A stretch of DNA of 64,000 nt from an uncultured Planctomycetota bacterium (GTDB lineage Bacteria > Planctomycetota > Planctomycetia > Isosphaerales > Isosphaeraceae), in NCBI GenBank assembly GCA_963845755.1, contig CAWJTV010000005.1, positions 704,001 to 768,000 of the forward strand. The letters are read 5' to 3'. The position numbers and the translations under genes are program-made. The notes below the pieces were generated by a model. The model did not search any database. It was not told the DNA's origin and saw nothing but the letters and a program-made list of their open reading frames with translations. Below, piece after piece: positions 41,417-52,346 of this stretch. The stretch's first letter is position 1. Each line of letters starts with the position of its first letter.

Positions 41417-42935
41417 ATGAGCACCGATGACCTGGATCGTGAGAGCGGCTCGGCCGTTTCGGTCGGAGACGAGCCGGAAGCTGGCGCGATCGTAAAGCCG
41501 AAATTAGGCATGTCCGTCGAGATCACGGACGCCGGGCCGTGCAAGAAGCATATCAAGGTCTCGATCCCTCGATCCGAGATCGAACTGCAGTATACCGAAT
41601 CGTTGGAAAACCTCCGCAAGGAAGCCGTTGTGCCGGGGTTCCGGCCGGGGAAAGCTCCCCGTCAATTGGTCGTCAAGCGGTTCCGCAAGGAGGTCTCCGA
41701 TCAGGTCAAGTCCAAGCTTCTCATGTCGTCGCTAGAACAGCTCGACCAGGATTATCAACTCGAACCGATCACCCAGCCCGCAGCTCGATGTCGCGGCCAT
41801 CGAATTGCCGGATGACGGACCGATGAACTTCGAGATGGATGTCGAAGTTCGGCCGCAGTTCACTCTCCCGAATTACAAGGGTCTGTCACTGAAGCGACCC
41901 GTCAAGACGATCACCGACTCGGACATCGAGACCCAGCTCCGAATCCACCTCGAGCGCCACGGTCAAATCGTTCCGAAGCTCAGCGGCGGCGCCGAACTCG
42001 GCGATTACCTCACGGCCGATCTCGTCTTTGTCAACACGGCCGGTCAAGTCTTGACCGAGATCAAGGAATCCCAGTTTCGACTCGAGCCCGAGATGCGTTT
42101 TGACGAGGGCACATTCCCGAGGATCGGTGCTCAGGTGGCCGGCGTCAAGCCGGGCGAGAGTCGTCAGGTGGATGTGGAGATGGGGACTGCGGCTCGTGAT
42201 CCCAAGATCAGGGGTGCGCGTCTTCGTGCGGACATACGCGTCCACGACTTGAAGCAAATGCGCCTCCCTGAGCTCAACGAGGCGTTCTTGACCTCCATCG
42301 GGTTCGACTCGCTCGATAACCTCCGCGAGGCCGTTCACGAAGCGCTCAAACGCCGACTCTACTCCCTGCAGCGGCAGGCGCTGCGACGGCAAATCCTGGA
42401 TCTGCTGCTCCCGCAATCTCCATTCGAACTCCCCGCCGATCTGGTCTCTCGAGAGGAGGCAAACACGGTCCGTCGGCTGGTCCGGGAGCTCCGCCAGGAG
42501 GGTTTGACGGAAGACGACATCCGGGCCCGCGAGGCCGAGATCAAAGCCAATGCCCACGAGACGACCCTTCAGTCGCTCAAGGAGTTCTTGCTCCTGGCCA
42601 AGATCGCCGAAGCCGAACAGATCAAACCCGACGAGTCTGACGTCGAACAGGAGATTGAAGCGATCGCCGAGCGGTCCGGCGAGAGCGTGCGTCGGGTTCG
42701 TGCCCGGCTGGAGAAGGAGGGTGTGACCGACGACCTGACGACCCAGATCCTCGAACGCAAGGTCCTCGACCACATCCTGGAGTCCAGTACGATCGAGGAC
42801 ATCGTCGTGGACACGGACCAGCCCCAGGGGCGCGTCGAGACCGTCAACATCACCGTGGAGCCCGAGGCCCACGGCGTCGAAGCTCCCAAGAACGCCACTG
42901 ATGAAGCAAACCCCCGATCGTCCGATGGATCGTGA
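41417..42935 (+). CDS. tig: Trigger factor, frameshift near 41780
   Basis: VPGFRPGKAP signature, EVRPQF, LPELNE; lies upstream of clpP. Confidence 0.93.
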
Positions 42936-43145
42936 ATCCGCCCGCGGACTGATGCCCGGTGCGATCGCGTTGGTCCGATTCGAATCGGCCGGGAAGCCAC
43001 CGGAAGGCCTCCTTGATTCATCCGATCGGCCTGTTCCGATTTACAAGAAGACGTCCGACTCAACCCGATCCGCTTCAACCCGAGTGATGTCGCCGACGAG
43101 TCACGCCGTCTCGCCGGCCGGCCCTTGATTGCGAAGGATCCATTC

Positions 43146-43778
43146 ATGCCTCGCGAACATCCTCTCGCCGATCCATCGCTACAGCGTTATCGCGACTACG
43201 CGCGACAACGCCAGATGACCCTCGGCGATCTACTGCTCGAGAATCGCATCGTTTTCCTCGAAGGCGTGATCAACGACGCCGTGGCCAACCTGACCGTGAT
43301 GAAGTTCTTGTTCCTCCAGTACGAGAACCGGACGCAGGGCATAAGCTTCTACATCAACAGTCCGGGGGGGAGCGTCACGAGCACCCTGGCGATTTACGAC
43401 ACCATGCAGTTCATCGACAGTCCGATCGCCACATACTGCATCGGCCTGGCCGCTTCGGGAGCGGCGGTCCTACTGGCCGGGGGTACCAAAGGGAAGCGGT
43501 TCGCCCTGCCGCATTCCAAGATCATGATTCACCAGCCGTACGGCCAGGTCGGCGGCCAGGTCTCGGACATCGAGATCCAGGCCGAGGAGATCGTGCGGAG
43601 CAAGCAGGTAATCAACGAGATCCTCGCGAAGCACACCGGCCAGCCCATCGAGCGCGTCGCCAAGGATACCGAACGCGACCGCTACCTCACCGCCATCCAG
43701 GCCAAGGAATATGGCCTGGTCGATGAAGTCGTCGGTCGGATGACCGGCGAGAAAGGCACGCCGGTATCCGTCACCTGA
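43146..43778 (+). CDS. clpP: ATP-dependent Clp protease proteolytic subunit (copy 1)
   Basis: YINSPGG, GLAASG, MIHQP, ERDRYL. Confidence 0.95.
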   Translation: MPREHPLADPSLQRYRDYARQRQMTLGDLLLENRIVFLEGVINDAVANLTVMKFLFLQYENRTQGISFYINSPGGSVTSTLAIYDTMQFIDSPIATYCIGLAASGAAVLLAGGTKGKRFALPHSKIMIHQPYGQVGGQVSDIEIQAEEIVRSKQVINEILAKHTGQPIERVAKDTERDRYLTAIQAKEYGLVDEVVGRMTGEKGTPVSVT

Positions 43779-43920
43779 AAGGCTGCGAACGAATCAAATT
43801 CAACCGTTCTCGCATGCCGTCACGTTCGTTCCACGGGGTACAGGGAATCCTCCATCCGCGACTTTTCAGATCCGCACGGCCCGCGGCCGACGGCTCCTAT
43901 TGCAGAAGGGCTCAACCACC

Positions 43921-44535
43921 ATGCCACTTGTCCCGATCGTGATCGAACGAAGCGGTCGTGAAGAGCGGGCGATGGATATTTATTCCCGCCTGCTCCAGGA
44001 TCGCATCATCATCCTGGGCTCGGCCATCGATGACACTGTGGCAAACCTGGTCGTTGCCCAGATGCTCGTCCTGGCCCACCAGGATTCCAAGGCGGACATC
44101 CATCTCTACGTCAACAGTCCCGGCGGAAGCGTGACCGCTGGCCTGGCCATCTACGACACCATGCAATGGGTCTCGTGTGACGTGGCCACTTACTGCATCG
44201 GACAGTGCGCCAGCATGGGGTCGCTGCTTCTGTCCGCGGGAGCCAAGGGGAAGCGCAACGCCCTGCCCCACAGCCGGATCATGATCCACCAGCCGCTGGC
44301 TGGGATGGAGGGAACGGCCACCGAGATCATGATCCATGCCGAGGAATTCATCCGGATGAAGAAGCAACTCAACCAGATCTACCAGAAGCACACCGGGCAA
44401 ACGCTCGAGCGACTCCAGGACGATACCGACCGTGATCGCTTCATGTCGCCCGAAGAGGCCCGCGAGTACGGGCTGATCGACAACGTCGTGGACCGCGAGC
44501 CTCCGATCCCATTGAACCTGAACCCCGTCCCTTGA
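43921..44535 (+). CDS. clpP: ATP-dependent Clp protease proteolytic subunit (copy 2)
   Basis: DIYSRLL, NSPGG, GQCASMG, MIHQP, DRDRFM. Confidence 0.96.
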   Translation: MPLVPIVIERSGREERAMDIYSRLLQDRIIILGSAIDDTVANLVVAQMLVLAHQDSKADIHLYVNSPGGSVTAGLAIYDTMQWVSCDVATYCIGQCASMGSLLLSAGAKGKRNALPHSRIMIHQPLAGMEGTATEIMIHAEEFIRMKKQLNQIYQKHTGQTLERLQDDTDRDRFMSPEEAREYGLIDNVVDREPPIPLNLNPVP

Positions 44536-44661
44536 ACGCGGAACGCGCCGCCTCCCATCGAATCGATCCAAGATAGAATTTAAGTGGAAATTTTGATGAT
44601 TAGACACTTGCAACCATGACATCCCTCGGGCTCACGGGCCCCGCGTGGGCCCGAGCCCATC

Positions 44662-45114
44662 TCAGGTTCCAGGTCCTGCTGAGGCACTTCGGTCCAATGA
44701 CGTTCGCGGGCCTTGTTGTTCGAGGTCTCGTAGCACCGCCTCATTCGCCTCCGGGAAACGAAGCGACCCAAGCCGCCCGACCGGGATCCACAGGAAGCCC
44801 GACTCGTGGGCGGGATCTTCGGCGGGATCTTCGGTGGTGCAGTCGTAAAAGTGCAGTTTAACGAGACCGTGGGGATACCGGTGGGTCGCGGTACAGCGGA
44901 GCGCACCCACGACGATGCGCAGGCCGATTTCCTCGTAACATTCGCGGGCCGTGGCCTGGTCGGGAGTCTCCTCTGGCTCGCACTTGCCTCCGGGAAATTC
45001 CCAGTACCCCGCATAGACGGTCCCGGCAGGGCGACGTCGCACGAGGAAGGCGTCGCCACGCCGGACCAGCCCGATCCCGACCCTTATGGGCCGCTCGGCG
45101 GACTCGTCGTTCAT
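44662..45114 (-). CDS. MutT-like Nudix hydrolase
   Basis: Nudix box WEFPGGKCEPEETPDQATARECYEEIG; FPEAN. Confidence 0.9.
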   Translation of the reverse strand: MNDESAERPIRVGIGLVRRGDAFLVRRRPAGTVYAGYWEFPGGKCEPEETPDQATARECYEEIGLRIVVGALRCTATHRYPHGLVKLHFYDCTTEDPAEDPAHESGFLWIPVGRLGSLRFPEANEAVLRDLEQQGPRTSLDRSASAGPGT

Positions 45115-45989
45115 AGTTGTTTCAGCTCTTCGTCATCCTGCAGCGCAGCGGCAAGTTCGGGGTGGGCCGCCTGGACCTTGGCCAGTATGAGGCGCTTGAC
45201 CTTCTCGATCGCCCGGCCAGGTGACCCCATGACGTTGTAGCCACAGTTGACGTGGAGGATTTCTCCGGTGATCCCGGCGGCATGATCGGAGAGCAAGAAC
45301 ATTCCCGCGGCGCCGACCTCCTCGCGAGTGATGTTGCGGTCCATCGGCGCCGACATCTCATACAGGCTGGCCAGCTTATCGAAATCGCCGACGGCCGAGG
45401 CGGCCAGGGTCTTGACCGGACCCGCCGAAACGGCATTGACCCGGATCTTCCTTGGCCCCAGGTCGTATGCCAGGTACTTGACCGAGGCATCGAGCGCCGC
45501 CTTGCATACGCCCATCAGGTTATATCCCGGCACGACCCGCTCGCCGCCGAAATAGGTCAATGTGACGATCGCCCCTCCATCGGGCATCGCCTCGATGGCC
45601 TGACGCGCCACAATCGCAAGTGAGTACACGCTGATGTCCATCGCCACCTTGAATCCATCACGGCTGGCATTGACGAATGGGCACTTCAAGTCATCCACAG
45701 GCGCAAAGGCGATCGAATGCAGCACGAAGTCGATCGTGCCGAAGGTCTCGCGCGCCTGGCCAAACACACGGGCCACGTCCTCGTCCTTCTGAACGTCGCA
45801 CGATGTGATCAGCTTGGCCCCGATCGGCTCGGCCACCTTGCGGACGCGCCTTTCCATCTTATCGCCCGGGAGATGAGTGAAACCCAGCTCGGCCCCTTCT
45901 TCGTGGAGTTTCTTGGCAATCGCCCAGGCGATGCTAAAATCATTCGCAACACCCAGAATCAGTCCTTTTTTCCCCGTGAATAGTCCCAT
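45111..45989 (-). CDS. fabI: Enoyl-ACP reductase
   Basis: GVANDFSIAW, HSIAFA, YNLMGVCKAAL, AGPVKTLAA. Confidence 0.95.
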   Translation of the reverse strand: MGLFTGKKGLILGVANDFSIAWAIAKKLHEEGAELGFTHLPGDKMERRVRKVAEPIGAKLITSCDVQKDEDVARVFGQARETFGTIDFVLHSIAFAPVDDLKCPFVNASRDGFKVAMDISVYSLAIVARQAIEAMPDGGAIVTLTYFGGERVVPGYNLMGVCKAALDASVKYLAYDLGPRKIRVNAVSAGPVKTLAASAVGDFDKLASLYEMSAPMDRNITREEVGAAGMFLLSDHAAGITGEILHVNCGYNVMGSPGRAIEKVKRLILAKVQAAHPELAAALQDDEELKQL

Positions 45990-46150
45990 CCATCCCGCCC
46001 CTTTCGCCTGGATTGCGCCTCACAACCAACTTCACTGATCAACTTACTCGGGTCGGCGACAACTCGGATGACCTGCCCCGCCCCGAGGGTTCCTCAATGC
46101 TTTCCTTCCACGATCGTGCTGAGTTACGATACCCGGACTCGCGGGCTGGC

Positions 46151-46774
46151 TCAACAGGTACGTTTTACGTGGAGGTTGTAGGGGGAGAGACTGTCGGATA
46201 CTGTATCGTAGATCGCGCACCAGCCGTCCCGGACTGCCGCGACGACCACGAGATAGCGGTGGTTGGCCTCGAAGCGAATCGGCCGATTTCCTCGCCAATC
46301 CATGGGTCCCTCAGGGGTCACGGCCAACCATCGGTGGAAATGGCCGACGAACATCCTGCGGTTAGGAAAGGCCGCGAAGTTCCGGGCGGCCGCCTCAACG
46401 GTTTCCGGGGCTCGCTCAACGTACCACGGCTGCTCGATGTCGGTAGGATCCAGGCAGGGCAGTACGTGACTCAGGAGCACTCCTTCGACCTCCATGCGGG
46501 CTTTGAGTCGATGCATGTAATCGAGGGTCGTCCAGGCAAACGGGCGTTCGACCGAATCGCCGCGGCCCGCGAAGAGGCCGAATTCGTGATTGCCCCAGAC
46601 TCCGGCTACGTCGGCCTCACGCAGCAGGTCCACGGCCTCGGCAAACCGTACTCCGTTCTCGAAGATGTCGCCGAGCGTGAACAGTTGGTCAGCGCCCTCG
46701 CAGCGACAGCGCGCGATGGCCATCGCGAGCCGATCGACGTCCTCGTGGATATCCGCCAGAAGTCCCATTCGCAT
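46151..46774 (-). CDS. Calcineurin-like metallophosphoesterase
   Basis: DIH, LGD, GNHE, SH, GHFH motifs; GGAGGT RBS. Confidence 0.88.
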   Translation of the reverse strand: MRMGLLADIHEDVDRLAMAIARCRCEGADQLFTLGDIFENGVRFAEAVDLLREADVAGVWGNHEFGLFAGRGDSVERPFAWTTLDYMHRLKARMEVEGVLLSHVLPCLDPTDIEQPWYVERAPETVEAAARNFAAFPNRRMFVGHFHRWLAVTPEGPMDWRGNRPIRFEANHRYLVVVAAVRDGWCAIYDTVSDSLSPYNLHVKRTC

Positions 46775-47029
46775 CGCGATACCTCCTCTCAGGGGTCCGT
46801 CGTGTCGAGCCCAAACAAATAACGGGCAATCGATGGGTTTGTGACATCCGGGGCGCCTCGTGGGGGATCCATTTCGGGGGGTCCGGAGCGAACCCTTCGG
46901 GGAGCCTTCCAAGAGCAATTGACGATTGGAATGGGCGTTCGTAAAACACGGTCGGCCGGGAAGTTCAGACACTCCAAGGCGCTCCCAGGAATTCTATGGC
47001 TGACCGCGCGATCATGGCGAGGTGGTCGG

Positions 47030-48373
47030 ATGATTCGTAGACGAGTAAGCACCGTCCATTGGCGGTGCGTCTGGGGCTGGCTGACTGCATCGAGGCAACT
47101 CCAGGTTACGAGTGACACCTGGACATGGCTGGCGGTCGCGGTGGGAGTGGCCCTTCGCCTCGTCGACTTCGCCGATTTCCGCAGGCTTTACCAGGACGAG
47201 CAATCTCTGCTCGACAATCTCGTGTCGCTCGGGGTCTTCGATTTCCAGACGACCCTCTCCGAGTATCAACTGGCACCGCCGGGGTTTCTCGTGCTCGCGC
47301 GATTGCTGGTCCGACTGCCGGGAGATGACGCGCAGCAAGCCAGGCTGATCTCGCTGGTATGCGGCGTTGCATCGATGTTCCTTTTCCGCTCGGCGGCCCG
47401 ACGTTACGTGATGGGCCGGGCTGCCCCGATCGCCACGGGCCTCTTCGCCTTGTGTGACTGGCTGATCTATTACTCTTCGGAACTCAAGCAATACTCGTCC
47501 GACCTAGCGCTGACCCTGATCGCGCTGCTCCTGGCGGCCGGCCCGACGCCGGCGTCGACGGCAACCGAGTCGTCGCAGTCCGCTCCCACATACTTGACGA
47601 CCCGAAGGCTGCTGGCGGTCGCCGCGTTTGGTCTGGTCGGAGTCTGGTTTTCCTATCCTCTGGCTCTGGTGCTGGCGGGTGTCGGAACGTACTCGATCGG
47701 GGTGGCGGCCCTACGCAAAGACTGGCGGCAATGCCTCTTGCTGGGGGCTACTGGGCTGACCTGGCTCGCGAGTTTCGCCGCGTGCTTCGCCGTCTCGCAC
47801 CGGATCTTGAGCAAGGAACGGTTCATCTGGGATTGGTGGGACTTCGCGTTTCTGCCGATCCCACGCACGTTCGACGAATTGAGTCGGGACTTCTGGCAGA
47901 TCATCAATGCGTTCGACAGTCCGGCCGACCTCCTTACTCCACTCGGCGTGCTCCCCTCGGCATTCCTCGCGCTGGGATTGTTCGTCCTCGGGGCATTCTC
48001 GCTCTCACGGCGTTGGCCCGGAGGGCTCTATCTTCTCGTCTCCCCGATCCTCTTCGCGCTGATGGCCTCTGTTCTACACCAGTACCCCTTCCATGGCCGG
48101 CTACTGATCTTCCTCGTTCCCTCGATCCACCTGCTGGTCGGTGAGGGCGGCGCGATGCTTTCGCGGCGAGGCGGCCCATTGTTGACTCTCGCCGTGGCCG
48201 CCTTTCTGATCTTCCAGCCGGCTTATGACGAATACCGGCTCCGTTTCATCGAGAGGTCGACTCAGCAGCACAGCGGATACGACTCTCACGGCGACCTTCG
48301 CCCGGACCTGCTGGACTATCTCGACTCCGATCGCCCCAGGCGAAGACTCTCGCCTCGTGCCGACGCTCCTTGA
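47030..48373 (+). CDS. Polytopic membrane protein, GT-C (PMT/ArnT-like) glycosyltransferase-like; start uncertain
   Basis: LYQDE loop after TM1, QLAPPGF, YSSELKQYS, YPFHGRL; about 10 TM segments. Confidence 0.65.
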   Translation: MIRRRVSTVHWRCVWGWLTASRQLQVTSDTWTWLAVAVGVALRLVDFADFRRLYQDEQSLLDNLVSLGVFDFQTTLSEYQLAPPGFLVLARLLVRLPGDDAQQARLISLVCGVASMFLFRSAARRYVMGRAAPIATGLFALCDWLIYYSSELKQYSSDLALTLIALLLAAGPTPASTATESSQSAPTYLTTRRLLAVAAFGLVGVWFSYPLALVLAGVGTYSIGVAALRKDWRQCLLLGATGLTWLASFAACFAVSHRILSKERFIWDWWDFAFLPIPRTFDELSRDFWQIINAFDSPADLLTPLGVLPSAFLALGLFVLGAFSLSRRWPGGLYLLVSPILFALMASVLHQYPFHGRLLIFLVPSIHLLVGEGGAMLSRRGGPLLTLAVAAFLIFQPAYDEYRLRFIERSTQQHSGYDSHGDLRPDLLDYLDSDRPRRRLSPRADAP

Positions 48374-48402
48374 TAGTTCGCTCGGCCCGAGGTGTTTCGG
48401 AC

Positions 48403-49713
48403 TTAGCGATCGGGAGGGCCGAGCACGGATCGGCGCCGAGAAGCCGGGATCGTAGCAGGATCGGCTGCGGGCTGGGCTGCCGCCTTAGCGGACTTTTCCT
48501 GGGCCGGTTCCAGGACCGGAAGCATCATCGCGTTTAGATCCTGATCGAAGGCGGATCGAGACATGCTGAGCGCCCGCTGTGTTGCGGCGCCGACGCGCAG
48601 GCTTTGATCCTTGTACTCCTGAGGAATCGCGCCCAGGCCAAGCGTCTCGACCATGCGGAAAGCACTCTTGATCTGGGGGTCCTCGGCGAGGTCACGACCG
48701 GCCTCAGGTCGGAGCTCTTCGGGCCGGACGGTGGCGGTTCGTGATCCGAACGGGATCCAGCGCACGCCCCCGGTGCGGATCCACAAGGTCGACTCGACCG
48801 TAACACTGGCGGGCCCAATCGCCAGGCGAGTCACAACGGCCCCGCTCCGTCCCCGGGCCGCGATGGCTTGAAGCTTCTCCAGCACCGGATCCGGTTGGCC
48901 CTGGGCCGCAGCCGGATCAAGGAGTTGCTTCAGTCCGGAGACGGCGGTCGAGAGTCCCATGGCGTTGAATGGAGGATCGCCAGGCTGAGGTTCGGGCAGG
49001 ACGAAGTCCTGGTAGCGAAGGAAGCGGAGGCCCGGATCAATCGCCACTTCGGTCGCGGCTCGACGTCCTTGCCAGACCGCTTCGGACTCGGAGGCCGGCG
49101 GCAAGAGCCGATCGAGCGGGGCGGGCGGCCTCTTGCCGGCAGCGTCGGGGTTATATCCCCGGGCTTCGAGGGCATTCTTCAGCTCGTCCACTGGCATCGT
49201 CTCGGGATTCGGTAGCTCGCTCAGCCAGGCGAGCCGGAACAATCGCTGGACGGAGACCGGCCGCTGCGTTAATTTGCGGACCTCGCTTCGCGGCAACCGC
49301 ACGCTGACCAGGGTGGATCGAGCCAGGTCTTCGGGATTCCCCAGGCGATTCAGCTCGCGATCGATCCATTGGACGATGCGATCGTCCGGGCCGACGCCTG
49401 GTGACGCCATCCGTTCCTTTCGCCAGGCGGACAGTCGTTTCGCGCGTTGAGTCGCTGCGCGGCGAACCCCCGTCAGCATCGACTGATCCCAGAGAGCCAG
49501 GTGATCCTCGACGTTCTTCCCCGCCCAGTCCCGACGCACCAGGAACTCGACAGAGCCTCGTGCGCCCGATGTGGCAGAGGTGACCAATCCCAGAATGACC
49601 GAGCCGTCCCGCAGCGTGATGTGGTCGGCGGCGGCTGATGACTTCGCGGCGTCGCCGGGCGGTCCCTCCGCGCCGGTCAGAATGAGAACCAAGATCAGCA
49701 CGTGTGCGATCAT
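48403..49713 (-). CDS. Secreted hypothetical protein
   Basis: Signal peptide and DHITLRDGSVILG motif; 436 aa. Confidence 0.7.
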   Translation of the reverse strand: MIAHVLILVLILTGAEGPPGDAAKSSAAADHITLRDGSVILGLVTSATSGARGSVEFLVRRDWAGKNVEDHLALWDQSMLTGVRRAATQRAKRLSAWRKERMASPGVGPDDRIVQWIDRELNRLGNPEDLARSTLVSVRLPRSEVRKLTQRPVSVQRLFRLAWLSELPNPETMPVDELKNALEARGYNPDAAGKRPPAPLDRLLPPASESEAVWQGRRAATEVAIDPGLRFLRYQDFVLPEPQPGDPPFNAMGLSTAVSGLKQLLDPAAAQGQPDPVLEKLQAIAARGRSGAVVTRLAIGPASVTVESTLWIRTGGVRWIPFGSRTATVRPEELRPEAGRDLAEDPQIKSAFRMVETLGLGAIPQEYKDQSLRVGAATQRALSMSRSAFDQDLNAMMLPVLEPAQEKSAKAAAQPAADPATIPASRRRSVLGPPDR

Positions 49714-49845
49714 TTGGCGATGACCCTTCTAGCAAGAGTAGGGTAGACTGGGCCCTGTGTGATACCTGGACAATCGAGCCCGGCCTGGTCCTCACCAACG
49801 GAAATCGTCAACTTTTAGGATACCAATCGGCGTCAAGGAATTCCT

Positions 49846-50538
49846 ATGGCAATGATCGCGTTCGGTCCGCTGGGTGACCGCGCCTACCTCGCTCATTTTG
49901 CGACTGAGCGCGATGCTGCCGGCTGGGCCGCCGCCGTGCGGGACCGCGCCTGGCGGGGGGTCCTCGATGTGGTCCTTGCCTATCAAGAGGTCGCCGTCTT
50001 CGCCGACCCGGATCGGGTCGACCTCTCGGACCTCGAAACCCAACTCCGAGCGGTCGAACCCGGTGCATCTTCAGTCCGGGACGGAGCGCTATGGGTCATC
50101 CCGGTTCTTTACGACGGGGCCGACCTGGAGGCGGTGTCCCATTGTCTGAATCTGAGCAAAGGCGACGTGATCTCCTTGCATGCTGGTAAAGAGTACGACG
50201 TCTTCGCGATCGGATTCAAGCCAGGTTACCCTTACGCGGGCTATTTGCCGCCAGCGATCAGCGGATTGCCGCGTCGCGAATCACCCCGTCCTCGTGTCCC
50301 GGCCGGATCGGTCGCGATAGCCGGCCGTCAAACGGGGATCTATCCCGAGGAGTCGCCGGGCGGATGGCAACTGCTCGGTCGAACGCCGCTCTGCATTGTG
50401 GACTTGACTGATGAGTATTTCCCGATTCGGCCGGGCGACCGGATCCGGTTCCAGCCGATCGAGGCTGCGGAATTCGAGGCTCGACACCATGAACGCCTTG
50501 AAGAAATCACCACCGGTTCGTCGGTTTCCGACGATTGA
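49846..50538 (+). CDS. pxpB: 5-oxoprolinase subunit B
   Basis: YDGADL, IGFKPGYPY, VPAGSVAIAG, SPGGWQLLGRT. Confidence 0.9.
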   Translation: MAMIAFGPLGDRAYLAHFATERDAAGWAAAVRDRAWRGVLDVVLAYQEVAVFADPDRVDLSDLETQLRAVEPGASSVRDGALWVIPVLYDGADLEAVSHCLNLSKGDVISLHAGKEYDVFAIGFKPGYPYAGYLPPAISGLPRRESPRPRVPAGSVAIAGRQTGIYPEESPGGWQLLGRTPLCIVDLTDEYFPIRPGDRIRFQPIEAAEFEARHHERLEEITTGSSVSDD

Positions 50539-51274
50539 CCTCAATGCCGACTTGGGCGAAGACTGTCCCAACGATCGAGCGCTACTCGAGACGGTGACCT
50601 CGGCGAGCATAAGCTGTGGTGCCCATGCCGGCAGTCTGGAGGGGATGCGGCGGACGTTACGCGACGCCCGGGATTGCGGAATCGTGATCGGTGCCCATCC
50701 CGGCTACCCCGACCGCGAGCATTTCGGCCGCCTCGAGCGCGAGATGACGTCGGAGGCCGTTCAGAACTTGATCGTGGAGCAATTCTCAACCTTGAACGAA
50801 CTCGGGGACGAGGCCAGCATTCCGGTCCGATTCCTCAAACCGCACGGAGCGCTTTACAACCAGGCCCAGCGACAACCGGAGATCGCCCGAGGGGTTGTCG
50901 CAGCGGTCGTCCGGCTGGGTGTCTCGCTCCTGGGACAACCGGATACGCTGCTCGAGCACCTGGCCGCAGCCGCAGGCGTCCACTACATCGCGGAAGGCTT
51001 CCCCGACCGACGATACCGCGTTGATGGCTCGCTCGTCCCACGCAGCTCGCCGGGTGCTGTACTCCAGGATCCCGACGAGATGGAAGCCCACCTGCTTCGA
51101 TTGGCAGCGGACGAGCGGGTCGCGACGCTCTGCATTCACGGCGACGACCTGCGCCGTGTCAACAACGCTCGGCTCGTCCGCCGGCTCCTCGAGGCGCACG
51201 GAATCCGGATCCAGAGTTTTCTGAGCGAAGGGGGATCGTTTGTTGAGGGGATGCATGGGAATCCCGGACCATGA
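50489..51274 (+). CDS. pxpA: 5-oxoprolinase subunit A (LamB/YcsF)
   Basis: IDLNADLGE, CGAHAG, GAHPGYPD, KPHGALYN, CIHGD. Confidence 0.92.
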   Translation: MNALKKSPPVRRFPTIDLNADLGEDCPNDRALLETVTSASISCGAHAGSLEGMRRTLRDARDCGIVIGAHPGYPDREHFGRLEREMTSEAVQNLIVEQFSTLNELGDEASIPVRFLKPHGALYNQAQRQPEIARGVVAAVVRLGVSLLGQPDTLLEHLAAAAGVHYIAEGFPDRRYRVDGSLVPRSSPGAVLQDPDEMEAHLLRLAADERVATLCIHGDDLRRVNNARLVRRLLEAHGIRIQSFLSEGGSFVEGMHGNPGP

Positions 51275-52197
51275 CCGGTCTTCGCGTCATCGATCCCGGT
51301 TTGAGCACGACGGTGCAAGACGCGGGGCGTCCCGGCTATCGCGAGCGCGGAGTGAGCCCCGGTGGTGCGTTCGACCGTGGATCGGCGGATCTGGCCAATG
51401 CCCTCCTTGGCAATTTCGCCGACTGTGCGGTCCTAGAACTGACGCTCAACGGCGGCGTCTATGAGGCCGCCGGGCCACTTGCGCTGGCGATGGCCGGTGC
51501 ACCGATGGAGGCGAAGGTCGTGGGGCCGGAAGGGATCGAGCAATCGCTCCGCATTCCCTTGTGCTGGTCGCTCTTGGAGGGAGAGAGACTCATCCTGGGC
51601 CGGACCCGAGAAGGAGCACGGACCTATCTCGCCGTCAGAGGCGGATGGCAGACGCCGCGCTGTCTCGGCAGTCGCTCGTCGGAATCTCGCCTCCGGACCG
51701 GCGATGTCCTGCCGGCCGAACGCGGATCCACGCTGAGGCGATGGCCTATCGGGCCGATTTGGGAGTCCCCTGATGCCGAGCCTTTCCGCGTGATCGATGG
51801 TCCAGACGTCGGTGGGATTCCGGGGCTCGAGGACACGTTCTGGGCGGTTCGCCGGTTCCGCGTCGGTTCGCGCAGCGATCGCATGGGCTTGCGCCTCGAG
51901 GGTGTTCCGGTAGTCGTCGCCTCCAATCCGGAACGGCTCTCGACCCCGGTGGCCCCCGGCGCCATCCAGGTAGCCGGCGGTCAACTCATCGTGCTGGGCG
52001 TAAACTGCGGAACTTTGGGAGGTTATCCCCATGTCGCACATGTGATCTCTGCCGATCTTGACCGCCTGGGCCAGCTCAGTCCGGGCGACGAGATCGACTT
52101 CCGGCGCGTGACAATCCAGGACGCCCGTCGACTCGATCAGACAGCCCATCAGGATCGCGCGAGCTTCCTCGGCCAGATCTCCGATGTGGTGAAATGA
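51271..52197 (+). CDS. pxpC: 5-oxoprolinase subunit C
   Basis: TVQDAGRPG, SDRMGLRL, GAIQV, GGYP. Confidence 0.9.
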   Translation: MTGLRVIDPGLSTTVQDAGRPGYRERGVSPGGAFDRGSADLANALLGNFADCAVLELTLNGGVYEAAGPLALAMAGAPMEAKVVGPEGIEQSLRIPLCWSLLEGERLILGRTREGARTYLAVRGGWQTPRCLGSRSSESRLRTGDVLPAERGSTLRRWPIGPIWESPDAEPFRVIDGPDVGGIPGLEDTFWAVRRFRVGSRSDRMGLRLEGVPVVVASNPERLSTPVAPGAIQVAGGQLIVLGVNCGTLGGYPHVAHVISADLDRLGQLSPGDEIDFRRVTIQDARRLDQTAHQDRASFLGQISDVVK

Positions 52198-52346
52198 GCC
52201 TGATGCGGCGTCCGTCCAGAGATCGAGCGCAATCCCCGATTCCTGATTCCGAGGACCGCGAGCGTCGCCAACCAGGATCGTGAATCCGGAAGAAAGAATG
52301 GGGAATCGAGAGTGCCCCGCTACGCGCTCGACGCAGGGACGCAGGG

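Noticed and set aside
41239..44535. tig-clpP-clpP without clpX, and a possible island at tRNA-Gly
   Set aside because: Tandem clpP genes are known in several phyla and both have intact triads; no duplicate of the tRNA-Gly 3' end was noticed in the window.
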